Shown here piece after piece: positions 26,301 through 38,811 of a stretch of DNA of 64,000 nucleotides. The DNA is from Octopus sinensis (lineage: Eukaryota), in the NCBI RefSeq assembly GCF_006345805.1, contig NC_043011.1:42172464-42236463 (forward strand), read 5' to 3'. A program made the position numbers and the translations under genes. The notes below the pieces were generated by a model. It worked only from the letters and a program-made list of their open reading frames with translations. It did no database searches and had not been told where the DNA came from. The stretch's first letter is position 1, and the number at the start of each line of letters is the position of its first letter.

Positions 26301-27207
26301 TGTGTGTGTAAAGGTGTGTGTGTTTACTTTGAATGTTTGAAATCAATTGCCTTGAAATGCAAAGACCTCCAATATACATTCCTATGTTTTTCTGGCACAG
26401 TTTCCCGCCGTTTTCGTTCCCCATTCATTCTACTTCAACGCCCAAATCTTCTGCTTAATGTTCTTACCAGCTTTACAGCAGAGTTCCATCTATTGGCGCT
26501 CATTATTATTTTTGAGAATAAATAGCTTTTCAGGCAATGTTTCTGTGTGGCGGAGTGGGTGTGAGTTGGTGTGTAGGAGGGTTTGGATTAATACGTGTGT
26601 GTGTGTGTGATGGAATATGAGAATATATAGAGAAAGCATTTAATTTCTCATTCCCAGACATTGGTTTATCTGTATATCTCAAGATCTGCAATTCAAACAA
26701 GCTAAACACTTGAGTCGCTGCCTTGTGTGTTGAAACAGTTCTGTTTATATACCCAGTTCCAGGTGATGCACGCAATATCGTTGACTATCGTAAAAATTAA
26801 TGGTGTGAATTCTGCTTTGTAGAAGCAGACACGTGCACCTGTCGGTCGCTCGTGACAGCCTCTGCTGGCCATGAACTATCGATAGTTTAGAAATTCACTT
26901 TGCAACCACGTCGTTTTGAGTTCAGCCCCACTGCGCAGCACCTTGGACATCTCTGGGCTGACCAATGCCTTGTGAGCGAATTTGCTCGCCAGAGACGGAG
27001 TGGAAGCCTATCATGCGTATCCATCTATCCGCCTGTCCATCTGTCCGCCTGTCCATCTATCCACCCGTCCATCTGTCTGTCAATCTGTCTTATCGATTAA
27101 CAAACGGTGGAAAGGAGGGAGAAATCCTCAAACCAGGGACCTGTCCCAATTGCTTGCATCACAGTGAACCCTACCAAAGGCACCCAAGGTGCTAGGTGGT
27201 GATGTTT

Positions 27208-27377
27208 GTAAAACGAGTAAATCGTAAAACGAGTAAATCGTAAAACGAGTAAATCGTAAAACGAGTAAATCGTAAAACGAGTAAATCGTAAAACGAGTAA
27301 ATCGTAAAACGAGTAAATCGTAAAACGAGTAAATCGTAAAACGAGTAAATCGTAAAACGAGTAAATCGTAAAACGAG
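27208..27377. repeat. Perfect 16-bp minisatellite (GTAAAACGAGTAAATC) x10.6, next to a Tigger-type TIR at 27399-27423
   Basis: Ten identical units at 27208-27367. The reverse complement of 27399-27423 matches the 15141 Tigger TIR at 21 of 25 positions. Confidence 0.9.
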
Positions 27378-27671
27378 CTCGGTTATGGAACGAATGAAAC
27401 TCGTACTGCGAGGTATTTCTGTATTTGATACATTATAGAGAATGAATGTGGCATAGCTGATAGGATCCCGGATAACCAACTGAATTGTCGATGATTCATA
27501 ATCTGTAGCCAGAGCCGGATTAAGAACCATAGAGGTCCAGACACTAAGCATTTAAAAGATTTTGTCAAGTGGTGAAAGGAGACAAGCACAAAGATGCACA
27601 CATAGATATGAAACATACACACACATGCATGCACACACACACACACACACACACACCACACACACACACAT

Positions 27672-27729
<58 letters not shown>

Positions 27730-27855
27730 ACATCACAATCAAGGAACGGCCATAATAGGCCATTCACCCACTAGAAATAACAGCCAAAGCTTCAACCGCA
27801 AAATAACATTAATTCCGCAAACCAGGAGAAAATTAAAAAAACATTTACCCTGTAA

Positions 27856-27960
27856 TTTCTTATACGATGCACCGTTTCATCTATTGTTTAATGGTAAACC
27901 AACCTGATTAAATTAAATCAAGCCAATCTTCCATAGGCCGATAGATTCGTCAGTAAGAAA
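27856..27960 (-). ncRNA. Mirror copy of the type I hammerhead ribozyme on the minus strand
   Basis: Exact reverse complement of 28016-28120 within the palindrome. Confidence 0.85.
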
Positions 27961-28015
27961 ACAGCCAGATCGGAACAGATATTTTCACGAGGCACTTCTG
28001 TTCCGATCTGGCTGT

Positions 28016-28120
28016 TTTCTTACTGACGAATCTATCGGCCTATGGAAGATTGGCTTGATTTAATTTAATCAGGTTGGTTTACCATTAAACAATAGATGAA
28101 ACGGTGCATCGTATAAGAAA
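28016..28120 (+). ncRNA. Type I hammerhead ribozyme with intact core; predicted cleavage after GUA at 28113
   Basis: Stem I TTTCTTA (28016-22)/TAAGAAA (28114-20); CTGACGA at 28023-29; stem II ATCTAT/ATAGAT with a long G-U-rich extension; GAAA at 28098-28101; stem III ACGG-TGCA-TCGT; H17 = A. Confidence 0.85.
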
Positions 28121-28505
28121 TTACAGGGTAAATGTTTTTTTAATTTTCTCCTGGTTTGCGGAATTAATGTTATTTTGCGGTTGAAGCTTTGGCTGTTATT
28201 TCTAGTGGGTGAATGGCCTATTATGGCCGTTCCTTGATTGTGATGTTGAACTTATAAATGGTCTATGACTATTAATTTTTCCCACTAGGCCGCTGGTGGC
28301 AAAAAAATTCTACAAAATTTTTTGCCACCCTATATTGATTAATTATATATATATAATATATATATATAATATATATATATATGACACGCTTGTCTTAGAT
28401 TCTGTTTAGCAAATCCACTCTCAAGTTTTTGGTCGGGGATGAATTCGAAATATAAACAATAATAAATCATAAAATAGATTTTTATTTTTCAAAATGAAAC
28501 AAAAC

Positions 28506-28894
28506 GGCGCAGGAGTGGCTGTGTGGTAAGTAGCTTGCTTCCGAACCATATGGTTCCGGGTTCAGTCCCACTGCGTGACACCTTCGGCAAGTGTCTTCTA
28601 CTATAGCCTTGGGCTAACCAAAGCCTCGTGAGTGGATTTGGTAGATGGAAACTGAAAGAAGCCCATCGTATATATGTGTGTGTGTGTGTGAGTATATGTT
28701 TGTGTGTCTGTGTTCCCCTACCATTGCTTGACAACCGATGCTGGTGTGTTTACGTCTCCGTAACTTAGCGGTTCGGCTAAAGAAACCGATAGAATAAGTA
28801 CTAGGCTTACAAAGAATAAGTCTTAGGGTCGATTTGCTCGGCTAAAGGCGATGCTCCAGCATGGCCGCAGTCAAATGACTGAAAAAATAAAAGA
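28506..28894 (+). mobile_element. Full-length SINE family 2 (CORE-type, OR2-like)
   Basis: tRNA-like head gtggctgtgtggtaag...ggttcagtccc, CORE-like ccttcggcaagtgtctt, internal (GT)n, and 3' tail. Confidence 0.9.
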
Positions 28895-29769
28895 ATATAT
28901 ACACGACGGGCTTCTTTCAGTTTCCGTCTACCAAATCCACTCACAATGCTTTGGTCATATTATAAGACACTAACAGAAAGATGGAAAGTAATGTTCATTT
29001 TTACTTTATATTTGAAAACTTAGCCCCTACTTTTTCTTAATTGCAAAGTTTTTGATCAAATCTCCATAATTAACCTTACATGACACACCTGCTTCTCTAC
29101 TTAGTAGAGATGAAACATACTGAATATTATTTTAACAAGTTTAAAGCGATTTTTTTTTGTGCCGTAAACTATTTACCATTTCTGTTGTTCGCGCCCTCCA
29201 CCATTCCTTTGATGCCCTAAGCACGTGCTTATTGTGCTTAATGGTTAATCCAGTACTGTCGCCAATGTATGTTTTGAGTCCATAGTCAAGACATTTCCCA
29301 GCATCTCAATGTACCTGGCTCTAAGACGGTAGAAACATTGTGATTGACAGGTTATTGCTTGCGTTGTGATGCTGGGTCCATTTCCTAGCCCTGTCTACAT
29401 CCCTCTCACCTCTCCCCCCCACTCTCTCTCTCTCCCAGTTAACTCTACAGAGAAGAGTTAACACTGACAACTATTCGTGATTATATTAATGCCATTGCAT
29501 CGAGTTCGAGTCGCCGGGTTTGACGATGAGGCGTCAGGTAAACAAACAACCCAATTCATTAAAATAAACACATTCTTGGCCCGGCGTAGCCAATAAAAAA
29601 CGAAGGGGACTCTTGTAAGCAATAAAAAATATATTTATAACAAAGTATTTATAACAACCCAAGTGTGATGTATGTTCATGGAGAGTTTCAAACACTATTT
29701 TTATATGTAAGATGCATAATTGCAAAGAACAAAATAAATTAGGTATATAAAAGTTTATATATATATATA

Positions 29770-29817
<48 letters not shown>

Positions 29818-30596
29818 AATGGGGATCCCCAAAAATCTCATTGATCCTTTCTCCGTCTTTTCTCTGTCTCCTATCTGTCTATGTCTCTCACACTTCTTCA
29901 CTATTCCCCCCTCCCTCCCTCCCACTAATCTCTCTGTTTGTTTAGTATTTTTCCAATTTCTCCCCCCCCCCTCTCTCACTCACTCACTCACTCTCCCACT
30001 TTTTCTCTTTTTCTCTTCTCACTCAGATCACCCATTCGCATTATTCCCCCGTTCTCTTATCAAGTATCTTTCCGTCTCTCATAACTGTTTCTGCTCTGCC
30101 CCCCCTCCCCCCTCTTTCTCTCACATTCACTTTCTCTTCATTCACTCATCTGAATGTCGTTAAGTTTTGACAACTATTTACCAGATGGAAAATGACACCT
30201 ACTAACAAGGAATCCCAGCTCTTATCTCGAAGAACCTGGCTTTACATTTTGACTCCCATACCATCATCTTGACGACAGCAACACTCAACGTACGTACATT
30301 ATATATGTATATATATATATATATATATAAACTTAGTCGGTTAGCTTTTTTTTTTTTTAAAATACTGTTCACAGCAAACTGGTTAGTTTGAAATTCTAGA
30401 CAAATGAACGAATGAAGACAAAATAAATAATAAAAGAATAAATACATTGATGATTCTTCAAGTGGAACAACAGTTGGGTCGCGCTGGTCTGAGACAGGTC
30501 AACTGGCAGACTTTCTTAGCGATAATGTGAATCTATGTTTTCTGATTCGTTTGTTCCTTAAAATAACTGATTGGAGAAAAAGTCGCGTGCCCCAAC

Positions 30597-30666
<70 letters not shown>

Positions 30667-30771
30667 TGTTTGAGTAAGCATGATGTGTGTGAGTTATGTA
30701 TGCACATATTGTATATAGACATATATATACAAGCACACATACACGTACAACTCAAAATCTTGAGTTTGCAT

Positions 30772-31137
30772 CAGGAGTTCTCAACCATTTTTTAAATCTA
30801 TGAACCCCTTTGTGTATGAACCCTTTTCATTGCTGTTTTTATTCTGGTAGACCCCCGTAGCCATTCGATATTTAAAAACTAGTTTTATTTAAATTTCTAT
30901 CAAAATTCCTGTTTCATTTTTCACGTATCAACTTGTGTTGGTTGAACTGTAAAATGTTAGAGAAGGAATCCTAGCCGTTTCTTGCAATACATGCCAATAC
31001 ATACATCAAAAGTAAAATTTGTTGAGAGGTCCCTTAAAATAACTATTGCGGATACCCAATTTACTATTCTGTTGCATAGACACCCAAAACAGTATATGGA
31101 CCTTTAAGGGCCATATGAACTCCGATTCAGATCACTG
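30772..31137 (+). mobile_element. hAT-type MITE
   Basis: TIR caggagttctcaa...ttcagatcactg. 8-bp TSD gtttgcat/gtttacat. Body homologous to 35523-36113. Confidence 0.7.
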
Positions 31138-31765
31138 GTTTACATTATAGCTAATCAGTGTGTATGCTGTGTGTGCGAGCGCTCCCCGTAGCTGTTGTGG
31201 TTAAATAGCTGCTCGAACCATTCTACAGGCTATAACCTTAATTATAGGCACAGACATGGCTGTGTGTTCAAGAAGTTCGCTTTGTAATCACATGGTTTCA
31301 AATGCAGTCCCACTGCGCAGCACTTTGAACAACTGTCTTCTACTCTAGCCCTGGGTCAACCAATGTTGTGTGAGTTAATTTTGTTGACAGAAAATGTGTA
31401 GAAGACATTTGAATACACAAGAATTAGAAAAGAGAGAAATACGAATGGGTCGGGAGTGTTTGAGTGGAAGAGGTGCAAGACCAGTTTGTTCTGAGGATCA
31501 GGGGCCATTATTATTACAGTCCAAAAGATAGAAAGGGGGAAACAGCACGCCAGATTGTTGGAGCTTGTTTGTTAATGGATGCAATACAAGATATGTGTGT
31601 GTGTGTGGTGTCTTTTAAATTCATTTACGGAAACGTTTTGAATCTGCAAATAACGCTCCTATTTCATTATGCCGGCCACAATCTAATGGTGTTGACTGTT
31701 GAACCAGTTTTGGTGGGTTGCACCGAGCTGTACCGATATAATAGGATGGATATAATAATAATAAC

Positions 31766-32046
31766 AATAACCCTTGGATGGAATTCATAAATATTTTCAT
31801 GCATCGCTACACGCGTTTCCATTAGTCACATGTCTCTTAAGGTCACAGTCCGTATTCCGCGGGCATCGGGTAGATCATCTTCATGTATTCATTTCTTTAG
31901 GCGACGTAGCATTAATGCCTACGGATACCACGGACTACACTGTAATCATCCCAGGAATACGGACTGTGATCTTAAGAAACATGTGATTTGTGGAAACGCG
32001 CGTAGCAATGTATTAAAATATTTATAAATTCCATGCAAGGATTATT
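31766..32046. mobile_element. Foldback MITE with long (about 90-100 bp) imperfect TIRs
   Basis: aataacccttggatggaattcataaatattt...cacagtccgtattcc pairs with ggaatacggactgtg...aaatatttataaattccatgcaaggattatt. Confidence 0.75.
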
Positions 32047-32497
32047 GCTGTTATTACTATGTATATATATTTAAAGAGAGAGATAGATAGATACACACAC
32101 ACACACACATACACACATACATACAAACACACAGTATTATTCATAGCTACATTAAATCATATAACCGGATTTGCATAAATAATGCATTCTTGATTCTTGA
32201 CAGCTAGTTCAATTAACAAATTACTTGCAATGTACAACAAAATATATCTATGACTATTAGCCAGAAACTGCAAGCGTAAATTAAATACACAGCCGTCCGT
32301 TTTGCAGCACAGCTGCATGCGGCTCTTTGGGCCTTCGGTATATATAGTGTTTAATTTTGGTGATTTCCATTGTACTTTATGTAATCTTTATCCTGTACCC
32401 TCGTTGCTCTGTTTTCTGTAAGTCGATGATATATTTGAGTCCTGAGATTTTGGTTATATAATTTCTTTGAAAGCTAGAGTTACTGGGCCTCTCTATT

Positions 32498-32715
32498 CGA
32501 GGGGGGTAATGAAAAGTCCCTGGTTTTTGGTAAAAGAAAATACAGGAGGATCGGTTAATTATGATTTTATCCAACATATTCCCCTCTCAGATACACACAC
32601 TTATTGCAGCGATCCTTCAGTTTTTCTAAGCCCTGTAAAAGAACTCGAATGATTGAGCTCCCAATCAGACCTTTCGTGACCCCCTTAAAGCCAGGAACTT
32701 TTCAGCACCCCCTTG
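32498..32715 (+). mobile_element. Mariner-derived MITE (opposite-orientation copy at about 36177-36390)
   Basis: TIRs cgaggggg.taatgaaaagtccctgg and ccaggaacttttcagcacccccttg|TA. The interior resembles a mariner 3' coding end (EKLKDR.NK.V.L.GEYV). Confidence 0.7.
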
Positions 32716-32719
32716 TATA

Positions 32720-33338
32720 TGCGTTCTATCTAGGTCGACGCTGGTAAATCACTAACTTGTGGTCTGTGTAGCTGACCAACTGAAACTGTAAACACCTTTC
32801 ACTATCCCAATCTGCTAGCTTAAGAATCTTTCGATCTATATTCGGAATGGACAATCCAGTGAGGTTTATCCAAGTCCACATTTGTATATCAGAAAATCTT
32901 GTCGGTATCTGTCAGACATTTGCAGGTGTCTGATCAAGTTCGAGGTTTTTGCACGTCGGCCTCATATGAGATACACACAACCCCAGCGTGTGTCTATGAT
33001 ATCATTTCAGTCTCCTACTAACCTGGAGAAATCCGATTTTCCTGTTCAAGTTGAGGCGTAAATAACCATTGTCCTGAAGGCACCACTTTCGCTACTGTTC
33101 ACCTCCAGAACACAGATTTACCATTTATAACCTTTCGAAATAACTCTGTTACTCCTTTTGATCTAGAACAACTGATAGGTATGAACACCTTATAATCCTA
33201 ACCCTAACGTCGGAACGGAGCACGAATGAGAGAGTTCAGGGAAATGATGGCTTTGCTGATGACCAATACGTTCAAATTGAATGATACGCGGTCGCTAATC
33301 AAATTCAAGCCGCATGAATTTATAGAACCAACTCTTAG
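32720..33338 (-). pseudogene. L1/Tx1-type LINE APE endonuclease domain, degenerate (ORF1-like low-complexity sequence probably continues to about 34600)
   Basis: Minus strand gives LRVGSINSCG, LNVLVISK, FRTMVIYA, LVGD*N, MWTW and SYTDHKLV, the ordered endonuclease motifs with stops. Confidence 0.8.
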
Positions 33339-35064
33339 CACGGCCGTGTTGGGCGGAGAAAAGTGTACAAAGTCACTTACCTTGGCCTCGAAGAACAGGT
33401 CATGCACTTCATGGCGATCGGGGAACATCTTTGATTAGTGTCTCCAATAGTTGTTACCGTTTTACGGAAAATTCCCACGCCATGTGAGAATTTTTCTTTG
33501 TGCTTTGAAGACTTCTGGTAATCTTTCTACCAGACCCTGTTTACTAGTGTTTTAGATTGTACTCCTCAAAGCCCTCCCTTCATATGTTTTGTCAGGTTAT
33601 GTTATGTACTTCATCATCTCACTGCTAATTTTTTATCTTCCATACAAGCAATGAAATTCAAGAGGACAAGTTAGACATTTGGCTGTTTGCGTTCTTTTAT
33701 TTAATTGCTTTTGCTTTCGTTATTGTGTTTTGCTGTTCTTTCTTTCGCTGTTGGTGTAGTTGCGGGTTTAACTGTTTACGTTGGGGTTGTTATTTTACTT
33801 GCCTTCGCTGTGGCTGTGTAGTAACAACTATATTTCTGGGTTTTCCTGTTGATGGCTTGCTTTTGTGGTGACAGGTTTAGCTATTGTTGTTATTATTGAT
33901 TTTGTGGTGATGGGTGGCCATTTAGTTGTTTCTTCGATGTTTTGTTAAACCTTCATGTCTTCAGTGTTGTCCGATTATCGCTAGTTTTCTCCCTCTTCTT
34001 CTTCGCCTCATCTATAGCTTTTCGCCATCTTCCACATCGTTTGACGAAGATTCCTGATAGAGAATTTGGAGATCGAGAAGAGAAGCGACATATCTATACA
34101 TATGTGTCTGTACTATTTGCATCTTTTATTATTTTTTTGTTACTTATTTTTTTATTATTATTTTGTGAGATATCTGTTCAGTCGGTGATGGAGAGTAACT
34201 GCCACACCTGTTCCCTCACAATGTTTCTGCTGTAGTTTGGCCGTTGCCGCTGAAGCTGGTTGGGGTGATGCAGCCCCTATTATTGCAGTTGTTTCTATTG
34301 CTATTTTTTGTGTGTGTGTGTGATAGGAGGCACATATTGTTCTCCTCCGCCACAGGACAGGAAACCCTTCGAGGGTTAGTGTCTCTGCATTTCTACCTTT
34401 GAGCCTCTTGCTAGTAGTAGTAGTAGTAGTGTCGTCTGCCGAAGACGCTGGGATTCTACCTCCATTTTTCCCACCGAGTTACTTTCGCTATACTTCTTCA
34501 ACTCCACTGGCGTTGCTAGCGATAATGATGATGATGATGAATTGGGGATGGGGCGGAGCAGCAACGTCCGCGACACAGACTGTTGGAACGAGAGTGATAA
34601 GTTACACGGTTTCCCTCCTCTCTCTTATTACTGAAGAGGATATACTCCGCCTTTCTAATGATTTGTTTCTTTCGTCTCTCTTTCTCTCCATGCTCTTTAT
34701 TAATGAAAATAAATGACGCCATGTTAAAATAAACATTTTTAATGGGTATTTTTGAAAACTGAAAGCGTGTGTCCTAATAGGGTACAAATATATTAGGAGA
34801 CTCGAAGCCATTCAAGCGAGGAGAATAATTTCCCTCTCCCTCTCACTTATGTCATTGTCGTCGTCGTTGTCGCCGCCATCATCATCATCATCAACAACAA
34901 CAACAACACTCTTTGATATTTCCAAGGCTTACAATTGACCGAGATCTCAACATTCCCTCTGAACGGGATGCTAAGTCGTCGCAGGAGACCCTGAAAAGAG
35001 CCACGGATGCTGGTCTTTTTCCTTTGACCAATCCTTTAAAAAAAGTACTAAAATATGAACCAGT

Positions 35065-35460
35065 GGCGCAAGAGTGGCTGTGTGGTAAGTAGCTTGCTAA
35101 CCAACCACATGGTTCCGGGTTCAGTCCCACTGCGTGGCATCTTGGGCAAGTGTCTTCTGCTATAGCCCCGGGCCGACCAATGCCTTGTGAGTGGATTTGG
35201 TAGACGGAAACTGAAAGAAGCCTGTCGTATATATGTATATATATATACGTGTGTGTGTGTGTGTTTGTGCCCCTAGCATTGCTTGACAACCGATGCTGGT
35301 ATATTTACGTCCCCGTCACCTAGCGGTTCGGCAAAAGAGACCGATATAATAAGTACTGGGCTTACAAAGAATAAGTCCCGGGGTCGAGTTGCTCGACTAA
35401 AGGCGGTGCTCCAGCATGGCCGCAGTCGAATGACTAAAACAAGTAAAAGAGTAAAAAGAG
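35065..35460 (+). mobile_element. Full-length SINE family 2
   Basis: Complete head to (gtaaaaga)n tail. Confidence 0.9.
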
Positions 35461-35522
35461 AGTGGCTCCCTCTCTCGTGTGTATATAGATATTTTGGGAG
35501 GATTACTTTTGTACGATTAATG

Positions 35523-36113
35523 CAAGGGTTCTCAACCATTTTTTAATTATCGACGCCTTTGATTACTCTTTCACTCCGGTGGACCCTATAACCTCACGAT
35601 ACTTAAAAGCTAGTTTTATAGACACTTCTTTCCCATTTTGCTTGTCACTTGTGTCGTTTTGAAATTGCATTCACCGACAGAACATGTTTCAGGGAACGAA
35701 AACATGCTGAATTCTGTAAAGCGTTAGAGCAGGGGTTCCTAACCGGTGGTTCCCGACCCTCTGGGGAGTCGCGAAGCCTTAGCATGGGGGTTGCGTAGCT
35801 TTGCTAGAAGTGGCTTGGGATAATATTAATTTCAACCCATCAATTACATTTTTTATGCTCTGCCGATGGTCGGGGGTCACGTGGGTTTCAAGCTTTTGGG
35901 TAAGGGGTCGCGAGTGCAAAAACGTTGGGAACCGCTGCGTCAGAGAAACAAATCTAGCACTTACAATAAATATACCAAAACCAAAATGTTTTTCATGGAC
36001 ACTTAAAATATTACAGTGGATTCCCAATTTATTTTGCTTGCGTAGACCCCCTCTCCCAAATGTTATATTGACCCCATCCCTGGGGTCATGTGGACCCAGA
36101 TTGAGAACCGCTA
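35523..36113 (+). mobile_element. hAT-type MITE interrupted by a second hAT MITE
   Basis: TIR caagggttctcaa...ttgagaaccgcta. 8-bp TSD gattaatg/gatttatg. Confidence 0.7.
35730..35937 (+). mobile_element. hAT (Charlie-like) MITE nested in the above
   Basis: TIR caggggttcc...gggaaccgctg. 8-bp TSD cgttagag/cgtcagag. Confidence 0.8.
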
Positions 36114-38414
36114 GATTTATGTAACAGCAGTTCAGGAATTGACAACTTGGATGATGTTAAGATGGTGAAGCTTCTACTAGGAGTTGCTAAAAAGTTCTTG
36201 GCTTTAAGGGTGTCACGAAAGGCTCGGTTGGAGGCCCAACTTTCTAAGTTCTTTCACAGGGCCTAGAAAAACTGAAGGACCGCGGCAATAAGTGTGAATC
36301 TGAAAGGGAAATACGTTAAATAAAATTATAATTAACTGATCCTCCTGTTTTTTCTTTTACCCAAAGCCAGGAACTTTTCAGAACCCCCTACATTATTAAC
36401 ACTCAAAGAACCGACAAGCATTGGCAGTTAAGGAAGGCGTTATGCTGCATTCATTATAAAGTCCTCGGTTTTAATGTTTGTGTAACATAAATAATTATCT
36501 CTCTACTTTGTGGTTGCATTTAATTGGAAGTTTTATTTTTGGTTTTATGCATGTATATGTATGCATGCGCGCTTATTGGCGAATCCCTGGGGAATTCCAG
36601 TTTTGTGTATTTAGACAAGGCAATAAGACATAATCAGACGAAAATTCTCCAGCAGCTCTTAGAAAGTTTCAATTTCTGTTTCCTGCCAGCATTAACACAG
36701 AAAACGAAAATGTCACTTGGGACCTATTATCGCTCCCTATGAGCACCTAACATACCACCCGATTACAGAATTAGATAGGCTAATCAAACTGTATATTCCC
36801 TCTAATTACGAGATTAGAAGTTCCCAAGTATTTCTAGAAATTCTTTGAAATATCATGTCAGGTGGTATTCTGAAGCCATTCCAGACTCACTGTTTATTTA
36901 CGAGGGTCCCAGGTCAAGGCCATAAAACATTAACACAGAAAATTAGGATGTTAGCCGATATATAAACACGTGCACCGCAGAAGACGGGCCACTTTGCAAC
37001 CTCTTGGTTTCAGGTTCAGTCTCACCACGTGGCACCCTGGTTAAGTGCCTTATATTGTAGCCCCGGTTCGACCAATACCTTATGAGTGAATTTGATGGAC
37101 GGAAAGTGTATGGAAACTTGTCGTGTGTGTGTGTGTGTCTGCCGAACAACTGGTGTTGGTTTGTTTACGTTCCCGTCAGTGTAACTAAGTATCAGTCTTA
37201 GCAAAAACCATAAATGCTGGGGTCGATTTGTTTGACTAAAACCTTTCAGTGCGATGCCCCAGCATGGCCGCAGTTCAATAAAAAAAAAAAAAACAAAGGC
37301 TACACATACGCACACAAAACAATTTTAGAATATTTCATCAAACGTTTAATATATTTTCATTAATAAAACAGTTCCCTTTTTTTTCTGTAAAGTATCCTTG
37401 TACATTAGTAAATCGAGGGATGCGTCTTATACGCCGGCAGATACGTTTTATATCTGCTGCACATCCGACATTCCGTTTAGATCGCCTTCAGAATAAAATA
37501 TATTTCTTATTCATCTCTGCTTCTTCCTTGTCATTTATTACGCGAATATTCTGGACAATTTGTCTTATTGGCTTAAACGACAACGTCACTGTTGCCCTCT
37601 TCTATTGACTCCCAGACGAACAGCAAGACCCGAAACGTTAGATTCTATAGTGTCCACGGCAGCTTAACGAGTTTTCCATTGGAGAATAATACACTTAGTT
37701 TATAAGACAAATTTGTTGACGAATCATTTTCGGTACAAGTTGAGTAATGGTTATGACGTAGAAGAGGTGAGTTTAAGTAATAAATAAAAACATAACCTGT
37801 TCATTCACCATCAGCGATAAATTACAGAGCTCAGTACGTAAGAGCAGGGTAGTCTTTACTACATCATAAATGAAAGGTTCTTCATTTCTCGTCCTCCGGG
37901 TTACACGTTTCCGATCATTCAGCTGGTAATCCGAGCCAGCTTTTCCCTTAAAATACCTGTCGTTTGGCTATATTTTTGTTATATAAAGGTTTCGTATGCG
38001 TTATGGAAGCCTTGCATTCTTAAAAAAGTATTGTTGTAACACTGACTTCTGTAACGTGAAACATATTTACATTGGTTTTCATGAAATATGGAAGCCAACA
38101 AGAAAAAATACATTTCCCATTACGGCATTCCACATCACGATAAAATTTCGGGAAACGCAAATCTTTCGCAACGTGGATGACACGCGCACTATCATCTTCC
38201 ATACACTCCTCCTCCTCCTCTCTCCCTCCCCCCTCTCTCGACTATCCATTCACACATGTGTGAATATACATGAAGTGTACCTATGGCAAATTGTATAACA
38301 GGACCTCCTTGGAGATTTTACACCAAATTGATGACAGAAACACTAACTGCAACAACTTTAATCTTTCTTCAAGAAAAAAGCAAAAAAATAACGGAAAATT
38401 TCTCTCAACAGGAC

Positions 38415-38466
<52 letters not shown>

Positions 38467-38811
38467 ACGGGGGGAGGGTGTATTTTTTTAAAAGTGTATT
38501 TCTTAATGTGTCTACTTGTATAAGTATGTATTTATGCGTATATGAATGTGACGAGTGCGTGTATGTGTCTGACTATGTGTGTGTATATGTGTATGTGGCG
38601 TGTATGAATATGTGCTTAAGCGTGCACGTCGGTACGTGTGTATGTGTACGTTTATGGATATAACGTAGGTGGCCGTTATAGTAGTGGTGATGTAATAAGA
38701 TGAGATGATTGAACATACACGCGTATATGTATGTGTGTGTATATATATATAATGTGTGTATATGTACGTGTGTGTGTGTATGTATAATATATATGTAATA
38801 TAATGTAATAT

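Larger units (their letters stand above)
27727..28249. repeat. Perfect inverted repeat with 253-bp arms (27727-27979 and 27997-28249) and a 17-nt spacer; likely an inverted Penelope-like pLTR pair
   Basis: Arms are exact reverse complements as read by eye. The left arm abuts a (TA)n tract. Confidence 0.95.

Noticed and set aside
27208-27377. CRISPR-like array appearance of the 16-bp and 32-bp repeats
   Set aside because: Units are directly adjacent with no unique spacers, there are no cas genes, and the context is eukaryotic.
29439-29537. Exon-like segment with a good acceptor and a CAG|GTAAAC donor
   Set aside because: All three frames contain stops, so at best it is non-coding.
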